Shown here in pieces: positions 21,860-29,377 of a stretch of DNA of 64,000 nucleotides (its first letter is position 1; each line of letters begins with the position of its first letter). Source of the stretch: an uncultured Actinomycetota bacterium (GTDB lineage Bacteria; Actinomycetota; UBA4738; HRBIN12); assembly GCA_963784055.1 (NCBI GenBank), contig CAWAPY010000018.1:69444-133443 (forward strand). Reading direction: 5' to 3'. A program made the translations under genes and the position numbers. The notes beneath the pieces are model-generated. The model had not been told where the DNA came from. It searched no databases and was given only the letters and a program-made list of their open reading frames with translations.

Positions 21860-21876
21860 CTCCCGGGGGCACCGCT
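21860..21876. repeat. 17-bp direct repeat CTCCCGGGGGCACCGCT (right copy)
   Basis: Identical to 20579-20595. Confidence 0.85.
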
Positions 21877-22278
21877 ACCAGGGAAGGTGGCGCCGGGCCG
21901 AGGCCAAGATCCCGATGACGGCCTCATACTTTCTTCCCGCGTTCGTCCCGCGCCGCTCGCCGGTCGGGTCGGGGTCAGGTATCAGCTGACTGAAGGGCGA
22001 CATCGTGGCCGTCGCTCCAGTTCAACACCCATTCACCGTAGAGATGCCGGTTGTCCGCCCGGATCGTCTAGGTCGTCCCTGCCGTGGCGAGAAGATTGAT
22101 CTGGCCGAGAACGTTTCAGTGGACTTGACGCCGATAGGAGCCAGCAAGGAGAAGCTCGATCGGCACTGGCCTGATGACGGTGAAATCCACGACTGCATCC
22201 CCTTTCGACGAGTGACCTCCGGCTGCTGACGTTGTGTAGCGCATCGCCTCGGACTGGACTGGCTTGCCGGCGGGCGCA

Positions 22279-22707
22279 CTATGCATCGGCTACAGGTGCG
22301 TCATCGCGCTTGCCTCGCGCAGATTCAGAGGACTTTCCGGCGGCGAACCCCACGATCGCCGCGAGGATCGTCGCGAGGCCCTCCTCGGTGATCTTCCCCG
22401 ACACACCGAGGAGGATCACGGCGACCACGACTGTGACCAACACCATGCCATGGATCATCACGATGTGCGTCTCGCGGTCGCCCGTATTTCCCTTGCGCGT
22501 CACCCAAACCATCCAGGCGAGGAGCATCAGCGCCAGTCCACTCACGACGATCAGGAGGTACAGCAGGTCCGTTCCCTCGATGAGCGGCGTCACAAGCTGC
22601 GTCTCTGGTTCGGGGGCGGGCGTCGGGCTCTCTTCTTGAGCGAGAACGCTCCCGGGAAGAAGAACGAGAACCATCACGGCCACTCCGCCTACGAGCTTCC
22701 GTTTCAC
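22279..22707 (-). CDS. Small membrane protein (142 aa), unknown function
   Basis: AGGAGGTG lies about 7 nt upstream of GTG 22707. Signal-like VKRKLVGGVAVMVLVLLPGSVLA, then three hydrophobic helices. Confidence 0.45.
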   Translation of the reverse strand: MKRKLVGGVAVMVLVLLPGSVLAQEESPTPAPEPETQLVTPLIEGTDLLYLLIVVSGLALMLLAWMVWVTRKGNTGDRETHIVMIHGMVLVTVVVAVILLGVSGKITEEGLATILAAIVGFAAGKSSESARGKRDDAPVADA

Positions 22708-22741
22708 CCCTGCCCACCTCCTAGCGACCCCGTTCAAAGTC

Positions 22742-22927
22742 CTAGCCGCATTCCCCACCTGTCGCCTTGCTTCGGCACTCTTCGTCGAAAGTGCCTGAGC
22801 TCGGCTCCGTCGTGCTCGACTGGTAATGGGATCGCGGCCAGTTCGAGCAGTTCGAGCACCAATGCCATGTATCGGTGCCGTGCGGCCTGCGCCATTCATC
22901 CGCCAACGGATCCATCCCTTCGATCAT
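22742..22927 (-). CDS. Small Cys4 protein (61 aa), unknown function
   Basis: ORF with TWHWCSNCSNWP...EECRSKATGGEC (CxxC plus two distal Cys). Weak SD. Confidence 0.35.
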   Translation of the reverse strand: MIEGMDPLADEWRRPHGTDTWHWCSNCSNWPRSHYQSSTTEPSSGTFDEECRSKATGGECG

Positions 22928-23018
22928 CGGTCCCTACGGGTTGTTTCCCGAAGGTCGCCCAACGGTTCTCGGATGAGCGGCTCGTCTTTGGGAACGTCCC
23001 CGCGGTGACCCGTCCGAG

Positions 23019-23162
23019 CTAGCGGCTCTGTTCGGGCGAAGCATCGACGCCTGCCGCATGACGGAAAGCCGACCATGATCTTGGCTCCGACGCGCTCGGG
23101 ATCTCGACATCGTCAGCGCTCGAAGCCTGGTCGAGGATGATGAGCAGATCGTAGAGCGACAT
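23019..23162 (-). CDS. Possible 47-aa ORF translationally coupled to the upstream CCCH gene
   Basis: TGATG junction at 23160-23164. MSLYDLLIILDQASSADDVEIPSASEPRSWSAFRHAAGVDASPEQSR. Below the track's length cutoff and found by hand. No homology recognised. Confidence 0.2.
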   Translation of the reverse strand: MSLYDLLIILDQASSADDVEIPSASEPRSWSAFRHAAGVDASPEQSR

Positions 23163-23338
23163 CAGCGATCCACCCTCGGTTCGGTCCACGCGCGTGGCCG
23201 ATCAGGCGGCACCTGCCGCGCCCCCTCGAGGAGTTCGGCGAGGTGTTCCTGGCAAACGTCGATGTAGAGGGTCAGCCCGGAGATCTCGGCCACGACGGTC
23301 GTGGAAGACTCGTCGCATCTCGCGCAAACGGCGGACAT
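23162..23338 (-). CDS. Small CCCH zinc-ribbon-like protein (58 aa), Lsr2-N-terminal-domain-like, no basic tail
   Basis: GGAGGTG lies 9 nt upstream of ATG 23338. MSAVCARCDESSTTVVAEISGLTLYIDVCQEHLAELLEGAR (C-x2-C-x20-C-x2-H). Paralog of the divergent gene at 23460. Confidence 0.45.
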   Translation of the reverse strand: MSAVCARCDESSTTVVAEISGLTLYIDVCQEHLAELLEGARQVPPDRPRAWTEPRVDR

Positions 23339-23459
23339 TCCAGATTCACCTCCACCCGGTCTTGCCAGCGAGCGGAGATGCGGTTCTCGGAGGCGCCGCT
23401 GGACAACGGGCGTTCCCTGCCTTACACAACGCCTTGGAAACCGACGATGGGAGGGTTTC

Positions 23460-23729
23460 GTGGCTGAAGCAGTCGTCTTCGTTTGCGACGAATGCGGTCG
23501 ACCGGACGCGAGAACGATCACGATCCGGACGGGAACCGCGAACTACGTGAAGGATCTCTGCGACCAACACCTGAAGACGCTCCTGGCGAACACAAGGGCT
23601 CCACGCCGAGGCCGGCCGAGAGCAAGCGGCGCCGCCTCAGCCGGGACTGCGCGCCGAACCGCGGGGAAGAGCGCTCGCAAACGCCGCTCCGGGCGGAAGC
23701 GGACGACATCGAAGGCCGCGTCGAGATAG
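23460..23729 (+). CDS. Small CCCH protein (89 aa) with Lsr2-N-terminal-like fold signature and AT-hook-like basic tail
   Basis: GGGAGGG upstream of GTG 23460. VFVCDECGRPDARTITIRTGTANYVKDLCDQHLKTLLANTR (C-x2-C-x21-C-x2-H), then PRRGRPRASG...KSARKRRSGRKRTTSK. Confidence 0.5.
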   Translation: MAEAVVFVCDECGRPDARTITIRTGTANYVKDLCDQHLKTLLANTRAPRRGRPRASGAASAGTARRTAGKSARKRRSGRKRTTSKAASR

Positions 23730-23743
23730 GCCGCCGAACCGAC

Positions 23744-24679
23744 TCAGGGGTTCGGCCGAGGCGCGTCGTTGACCACGACGGTCGGTTGGGAGGCGACCCA
23801 GGACTTCAGCTCCAGCTGCGCATCGGCACCCAGCTCGTACAGCTCGATCGCGAGGAGTTGCGCGGTCTCGGGATCGAAGACGAGACGCGTCCGTGAACCT
23901 GCGCTCGACAGGTCGACCGCCGTGCCGGGGCGACCCAGCGGATCCTTTACGTGACCGACCAGCACCGGGCCGTCCAATCGAGCCGCCGCCTCGAACAAGG
24001 CAGATCGAAGCTGCGGCGACGCGACCCCTTGGGCCAGGATCTCGCCGATCACCGTGAAAACGTGATCGTCGCCGGGAGGACGCTCGACGACCTGACCTGA
24101 GCGCAGCACTCGAAGGAGCGCCTCTGGATCCGTGGGCAATCCGGTCACGTCGTGGATGGGAACGGCTCCCGGGCGATACGTATGCGTTCTCGGCAACTCG
24201 AACGTCGGCCGACCGGCGTCGTTCCACGCCTGCCGATCCGCGTCGGAGATCTCGGAGGAGAGCAGTTCCTCTCTCCGGAATCCAGAGCGGTCTTGCGCCA
24301 CCCACGTCGACACGCGGAGACGACTCACGAATCCGAACGAGCCCTCGACCCCGATCGTAGTGAAGCTTTCGCGTCGCAACTCCTCGGCGCGGATGAGGAG
24401 GTATTCGTCCGGACCGGGTTGCAAGGGCTGCTCTCTTCCCGCGATCTCAGCGAGTCGGCGGAACTCCGATGCGGCAGCTTCGTGCGGCGTCGGACTCATC
24501 AGTCCGATCACGACGACCACAGCAACCGCGGCAGTGGCGGCGGAGAGGACCAATCGTCCGCGTCGAGGACGTCGTTCTCGGTCGATCTCGCGTCGGAGCC
24601 GCGAACGGACGCGCTCGAGCGCCGCAGGATCAACCTCATCCTCGTCGAGCGCCCGCTTCACCAGTTCGAATTCATCCAT
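23744..24679 (-). CDS. Putative anti-sigma factor / ECF-associated membrane protein (resembles the actinobacterial CU044_5270-type family)
   Basis: ATG 24679 overlaps the sigma-factor stop (ATGGATGA). MDEFELVKRALDEDEV..., single TM (LVLSAATAAVAVVVVIGL), then an extracytoplasmic domain of about 250 aa. Confidence 0.6.
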   Translation of the reverse strand: MDEFELVKRALDEDEVDPAALERVRSRLRREIDRERRPRRGRLVLSAATAAVAVVVVIGLMSPTPHEAAASEFRRLAEIAGREQPLQPGPDEYLLIRAEELRRESFTTIGVEGSFGFVSRLRVSTWVAQDRSGFRREELLSSEISDADRQAWNDAGRPTFELPRTHTYRPGAVPIHDVTGLPTDPEALLRVLRSGQVVERPPGDDHVFTVIGEILAQGVASPQLRSALFEAAARLDGPVLVGHVKDPLGRPGTAVDLSSAGSRTRLVFDPETAQLLAIELYELGADAQLELKSWVASQPTVVVNDAPRPNP

Positions 24680-25244
24680 TGAAGTCGCCCACTCCTTCAA
24701 CGTCTATTGCTGGCAGCCCTGGGATGCGTTCGCGCAGCTGGTTCCTCGCTCGATGGATGCGCGATCGCACCGTGCCGACCGGAACCCCGAGAGCCGACGC
24801 GGCCTCCGAGTACGTCAGCTCCCCCACCGAAACCAATAGGAACGTTTCACGATCGTCTGGTGAGAGGGCCAGGAGAGCCTCGATCAAGATCGGCCTCAAT
24901 CGTTCGGCATCGAGACGATCGACATCAACCGTGTCGTCGACTGGGACTAGGCCGAGCGCATGGCGCCTTCTCTCGAGATAGGCACGCTCGTCCCGGAGGC
25001 GGCGTCGGATCACATTGGTCGCGATCCCTAGCAGCCAAGGGCGGGCCGAGTCGTAGCTCGAGTCGAATCCTCCTCGCCGCTGGAAAGCGACCAGGAACGT
25101 GTCTGCGACCACCTCTTCGGCGGCATCGTGCCCCACGCGTCGACGGCAAAAGCCCCACACCGCTCCGCCATGGCGCTCGAAGATCTCTTCGAATGCCTCA
25201 GGCGCATCGACCGAGCGTCGGAAGATCTCGCCGTCCGAGAGCAC
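24672..25244 (-). CDS. ECF RNA polymerase sigma factor
   Basis: Region 2 (AAEEVVADTFLVAFQR...RPWLLGIATNVIRRRLR) and region 4 (LSPDDRETFLLVSVGELTYSEAASALGVPVGTVRSRIHRARNQL). Confidence 0.85.
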   Translation of the reverse strand: MLSDGEIFRRSVDAPEAFEEIFERHGGAVWGFCRRRVGHDAAEEVVADTFLVAFQRRGGFDSSYDSARPWLLGIATNVIRRRLRDERAYLERRRHALGLVPVDDTVDVDRLDAERLRPILIEALLALSPDDRETFLLVSVGELTYSEAASALGVPVGTVRSRIHRARNQLRERIPGLPAIDVEGVGDFNG

Positions 25245-25279
25245 AGTCGGACGCTAGTCGCGCTTGGGCGCCACCGCCA

Positions 25280-25834
25280 CTAGGGTCGCCAGCGGAGCGA
25301 TGTCACCTCGTTCTCGAGCGCTCCGTAATCGGCACAGTTCGGTGTGCACGTCCGTACCGTTCCAGCGAAGTTCTCGTGTTCGAATTTCTTGTTCGTGTCA
25401 CAACCGCCGAACCCCTTGCCCGATTGAAACTTGTCATTCCATGTCGGCCCGACGTTCGCCACGCTCCACACGACTCCCGCTGAACACGTCGAGGATGCGA
25501 AGTAGCTCTGTGAGTCGCCGCCGAAGTTCAAGAGGTTGTACTCGGTGCCGATCAGCACGCTGGACGCCGTACCGAAGTCGGCTGCCGATCCTGCCGTGAG
25601 GTCGCTCGGGATCAGATCCGATGAGATGTCGAGCGTCGTTCCGGTCCCCGCCTCGAGGGCCTGATCGTATGTCGCGAAGCAGCCGATCAGTTCCAGTCGA
25701 GCATTCGTGACCGTTCCGGCCGACTCGACCGGGACCAGTCTTGTCGCGCAGTGCTCGCCGACCTCCGCCCACGCCGGTGCCACGGTCATGAGCACGCAGC
25801 CCCCAGCGATGATCACCTTCGCCCACCGTCTCAC
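25280..25834 (-). CDS. Secreted hypothetical protein; C-terminal Cys-rich beta/gamma-crystallin- or I36-inhibitor-like region
   Basis: GGAGGGGG upstream of GTG 25834. Signal peptide MRRWAKVIIAGGCVLMTVAPAWA. C-terminus WNDKFQSGKGFGGCDTNKKFEHENFAGTVRTCTPNCADYGALENEVTSLRW. Confidence 0.5.
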   Translation of the reverse strand: MRRWAKVIIAGGCVLMTVAPAWAEVGEHCATRLVPVESAGTVTNARLELIGCFATYDQALEAGTGTTLDISSDLIPSDLTAGSAADFGTASSVLIGTEYNLLNFGGDSQSYFASSTCSAGVVWSVANVGPTWNDKFQSGKGFGGCDTNKKFEHENFAGTVRTCTPNCADYGALENEVTSLRWRP

Positions 25835-25971
25835 CGGGCACCCCCTCCGGTCGACAACCTGAGCGGACGCTATGCGGCCCTTGTCATCGATTCGATGACG
25901 AAAGCGCGATGGCTCGTCACTGTTTCGGAACTCGCCGGTGAACCAGGATCCACACTGCTGGCAACCGCAGG

Positions 25972-26427
25972 GTGATGACGGTTCCCACGGTGCTCATGGT
26001 CGGCGTGGATCAGCTGCCGCTCGTCCCCGAGTACCTGAATCTCGGATCCGTCGTGGTGATCGCACCTGACCAAGAGACATTGAACCGGTGGATCACGGAG
26101 CAGACCCCCGACCGGAACGGAGGGGCACCACCCTCCGGCCATCCGTCGACTGTGGTGGACATGACCGGCCGCCGGATCATCTCCGACGGCGCGAGCCTGC
26201 CTCTGAGCGATCTCGAGTACCAGGTGCTTTCGGCGCTGCTCTCCCCCGTCGGGCGAGCGATCTCGTTCCAGGAGCTCAGATCGATCGGTTGGGGGGAGTC
26301 ACCCGAGCTCCCGGCCGACGTCTACTCGGTCCGCGCCCTGGTGCAGCGGCTCCGAGCGAAGCTCCAGGTGGCAAAGGCGGACGTCGAGATCAGGCGATCC
26401 GAGGCTACGGCTTTCGGGCGTGTATGA
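25972..26427 (+). CDS. Winged-helix (OmpR/PhoB-type Trans_reg_C) DNA-binding protein lacking a full receiver domain
   Basis: LSDLEYQVLSALLSPVGRAISFQELRSIGWGES...VYSVRALVQRLRAKL. The N-terminal region of about 60 aa is too short for a REC domain. Confidence 0.6.
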   Translation: MMTVPTVLMVGVDQLPLVPEYLNLGSVVVIAPDQETLNRWITEQTPDRNGGAPPSGHPSTVVDMTGRRIISDGASLPLSDLEYQVLSALLSPVGRAISFQELRSIGWGESPELPADVYSVRALVQRLRAKLQVAKADVEIRRSEATAFGRV

Positions 26428-26482
26428 GACGCCAGGTATCAAGCCCTAGGCGACTGCAAAGATTGTGATGCTTTCGCATTCG

Positions 26483-26549
26483 GCCCTCGTAGCTCGGTGG
26501 ATAGAGAATCGGTAATCCGTGTGCGGAGGTTGCGATCCTCCCGGGGGCA
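26483..26549 (+). pseudogene. Degenerate tRNA-Arg copy (anticodon loop deleted, T-loop mutated)
   Basis: Aligns to 20519-20590: GCCCTCGTAGCTCgGTGGATAGAGaATCGGT-----AAtCCGTGTGCGGAGGTTgCGATcCTCCCGGGGGCA. Missing 5 nt, including the anticodon. Confidence 0.7.
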
Positions 26550-26550
26550 C

Positions 26551-26605
26551 TTGCGTAATGTCTCGGGACATCGTTCACACGTGTCCCGGGACATCGTTCC
26601 ACGTC
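26551..26605. repeat. Remnant resembling the IS481-like left inverted repeat (double TGTCyCGGGACATCGTTC motif)
   Basis: TTGCGTAATGTCTCGGGACATCGTTCACACGTGTCCCGGGACATCGTTCC aligns with 20592-20645, downstream of the intact tRNA. About 70 percent identity by eye. Confidence 0.5.
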
Positions 26606-26727
26606 AGAACTGGACTCGGTACTCCTCGAGCGTGTTCGCCAGCTCCTTCGGACGGCCATGGCCGGACGGCTGTAGACCCAGCAAGCAACGCCCTGCTATG
26701 GTCGCGACCCGGGCCAGGAGGCCGCAG

Positions 26728-29287
26728 ATGAGCGGAACGGCGACGATCGTCCTCCGCGACGATGGATCCGGCAAGCTGCTCGTCGCGGCGCTCGCCCTCG
26801 CTGCGGCGCTCGTTTCGTTCGGCGTGTGGAGCGTCCCCTCGATGAACGTTGCTCGGCCCTGGACGCACGCAGAGCTGCCGACGGAGCGCCTCCTTGCCAC
26901 TCAGGTCCCACTGACGTTCACCGAATCGCCGGACGACGGGTACGTCGCCTTTGGGTCGGGGTCTCGGTTCCGATTCCGTGACGGCGGAGTCTCGATCGGC
27001 CTTCCCAACGGCCGCGGGGCGACGCTCGCCCTGACCTTCATCGGAGGGGAGACCGTTCGTCCGGAAGCCGAAGTCAAGCTACCCGGAACCATCAACCGAT
27101 TCGTCGGCCGGGATGCCGCCGCCTGGCAGGTCGGACTCACGACGTACGAAGAGATCGCGTACCGCGACGTGTGGCCGGGGGTCGACATCGTCTTCCGTGG
27201 AGATGCCGGATCGCTCAAGTACGACGTCGTGCTGAAACCGGGCGCCTCGCTGAGCGACGTGCGACTTCGATACGAGGGGGCATCAGGGCTGCGAGTCGAA
27301 TCCGATGGCGATCTCATCGCCGATGTTACGGGCGGGCACGTGATCGACTCGGCGCCCTTTGGGACGCAGCGGATGGACGGAGCAACCGCGCGGGTGGCAA
27401 CCCGTTTCGCGCTCTCTCCCGGCGCCCCCGATGAGTTCGGATTCTCCACCCCAGACGGGTTCGACCCGACACGAACGCTGGTCATCGATCCGGGGATCGT
27501 CTACCGAACGTCCCTCGGAGGAGCCGACTTCGATCAGACGGCCGCCGTCGCCGTGGGGCCTGACGGGAGCCTCTACATCGCGGGCCGGGGCGCGGCGGCG
27601 TGGGGGACGCCGACGACTCCCGGCGCCTACGACGAGACGTACAACGGACACATCGATCTCTTCGTCGCGAAACTCGACGCGACCGGCACGTTGATCTACT
27701 CGACGTTCATCGGTGGCGAGGACGACGGCGAGCATGTGAACGACCTCGCTCTCGGTGCCGACGGGAGTGTCTACGTCGCCGGCTTCGGTTTCTCGACCGG
27801 ATACCCGACGACCCCGGGGGCATGGAACGACGACTACATGAGCTTCGACGGTTACGGGCTCTTGACGAAACTGGGTCCCACCGGGTCCTCGCTCGACCTA
27901 CTCGACGAGGCTCCCCGGAACGAGTAAGGCGTATTCCGTCGCGGTCGACGACGAGGAGCGCGCCTACGTCACCGGCATCGCTCTCGAGGATTTCCCCGCA
28001 ACGCCGGGTGCGTGGGACGAGACGCCGAGCGGTCAAGGGAACGACGGCCTCGACGACGCATTCGTGGTGAAGATGCGACGCGATGGGTCCGGACCCCTCT
28101 ACGCCACGGTCGTCGGTGGGTCCGAATATGACTACGGCCACAGCATCGCGGTCGACGCGACCGGAACTCCGGTCGTGACGGGGTACACGGGCTCGTTGGA
28201 CTTTCCCACGACCGCCGGCTCGTTCGACGAGACCGACGACGTCTGGAACGACGTCTTCGTTACGAGGCTGAACGATTCCGGTTCGGACGCCCTCTACTCG
28301 GGCCTGCTGGGCGGCAACGCGGACGAAAACGTATGGGCGATCGAGCTCGCGCAGGACGGCTCCGCGTACCTGGCAGGGGAGACGATGTCGAGCGACTTCC
28401 CGACGACTCCGGATGCAGCCGACGACACGTTCGACGGCTCGAGCGATCCGCTGAGCTTCGCGCGCGATGCCTACCTGACGCGGATCTCGGCGGACGGCTC
28501 GTCGATCGAGTACTCCACCTTCCTCGGAGGTGGGACCGACGACTACGCGCTCGCGATGACCATCGAAGGCGACGACGTCTACGTCGTCGGCGAGACCGAC
28601 TCGGACGATTTCCCCACGACCGACGGGAGCCAGCGGGAGAGCCCGATCGCCGGGTTCCTCGTTCAGTACGAGGGCGGCACGACGCCGGTCTACTCGTCGA
28701 TCGTCGGCGACTTCCCGCGCGGCGTCGCCGTCGATCGCGCGGGAACCGTCTATCTGGCGATCACCGTGCCGGCCACCGATACCCCGCTCCGTTCGATGTC
28801 GATCGCCGCAGCCAGGCGTGAAGGGGTGGCGACGGCCTCGAGACGGACGCACGCGTGCACGATCGAGGGCACCCCGGGCGACGACAACCTGGTGGGAACA
28901 CCCGGGCCGGACGTGATCTGCGCGGCATCAGGGGACGATACGGTGAGCGGTGGTGGCGGAGCCGACGTGATCTACCTCGGCAACGGAAAGGACGTCGTTG
29001 ACGCGGGGTTCGGAGTCGACGCGGTCTTCGGGGGACCCGGCGGCGACCGGATTCCGGGGCGGAGCGGCCAAGATCTCCTCCTCGGGGGCGACGGCGCAGA
29101 CCTCCTCATCGGCCTCGACGGGTCCGACATCCTTCGAGGCGGCGAGAACGCGGACGTCCTGCGAGGTGGATCGGGACGCGATCGCCTCAGCGGTGGGCCC
29201 GGGTCCGACGTGCTCAATGGCGGCTCGCACCGCGACTCCTGTTCCGGAGGTCCGGGGGTCGACAGGCTTCGCGACTGCAACCCGTGA
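26728..29287 (+). pseudogene. Large secreted protein with SBBP beta-propeller repeats and C-terminal RTX (hemolysin-type Ca-binding) repeats; one frame break near nt 27895
   Basis: AGGAGG upstream of ATG 26728, with an N-terminal TM/signal. Repeated ...AVAVGPDGSLYIAGR / LALGADGSVYVAGFGFSTGYPTTPGAW / SIAVDATGTPVVTGYTGSLDFPTTAGSFD. C-terminus GDDTVSGGGGADVIYLGNGKD...GGDGADLLIGLDGSDILRGGENADVLRGGSGRDRLSGGPGSDVLNGG. Confidence 0.75.
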
Positions 29288-29377
29288 TGCCGGAACTCCG
29301 CTGCCTGTAGCTCCGCCGGATGGTGGCGCCGGAATGACCGACAACGCGGAGGGCTCTCCTCCGTGAGCGATCGGCAA

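Noticed and set aside
21877-22278. Possible decayed gene on the minus strand (..DAVVDFTVIRPVPIELLLAGSY.. / ..TIRADNRHLYGEWVLNWSDGHDVALQ..) between the IS and the small membrane protein.
   Set aside because: The pieces lie in different frames with an in-frame TAG, and I recognise no family. There is insufficient evidence to call even a pseudogene.
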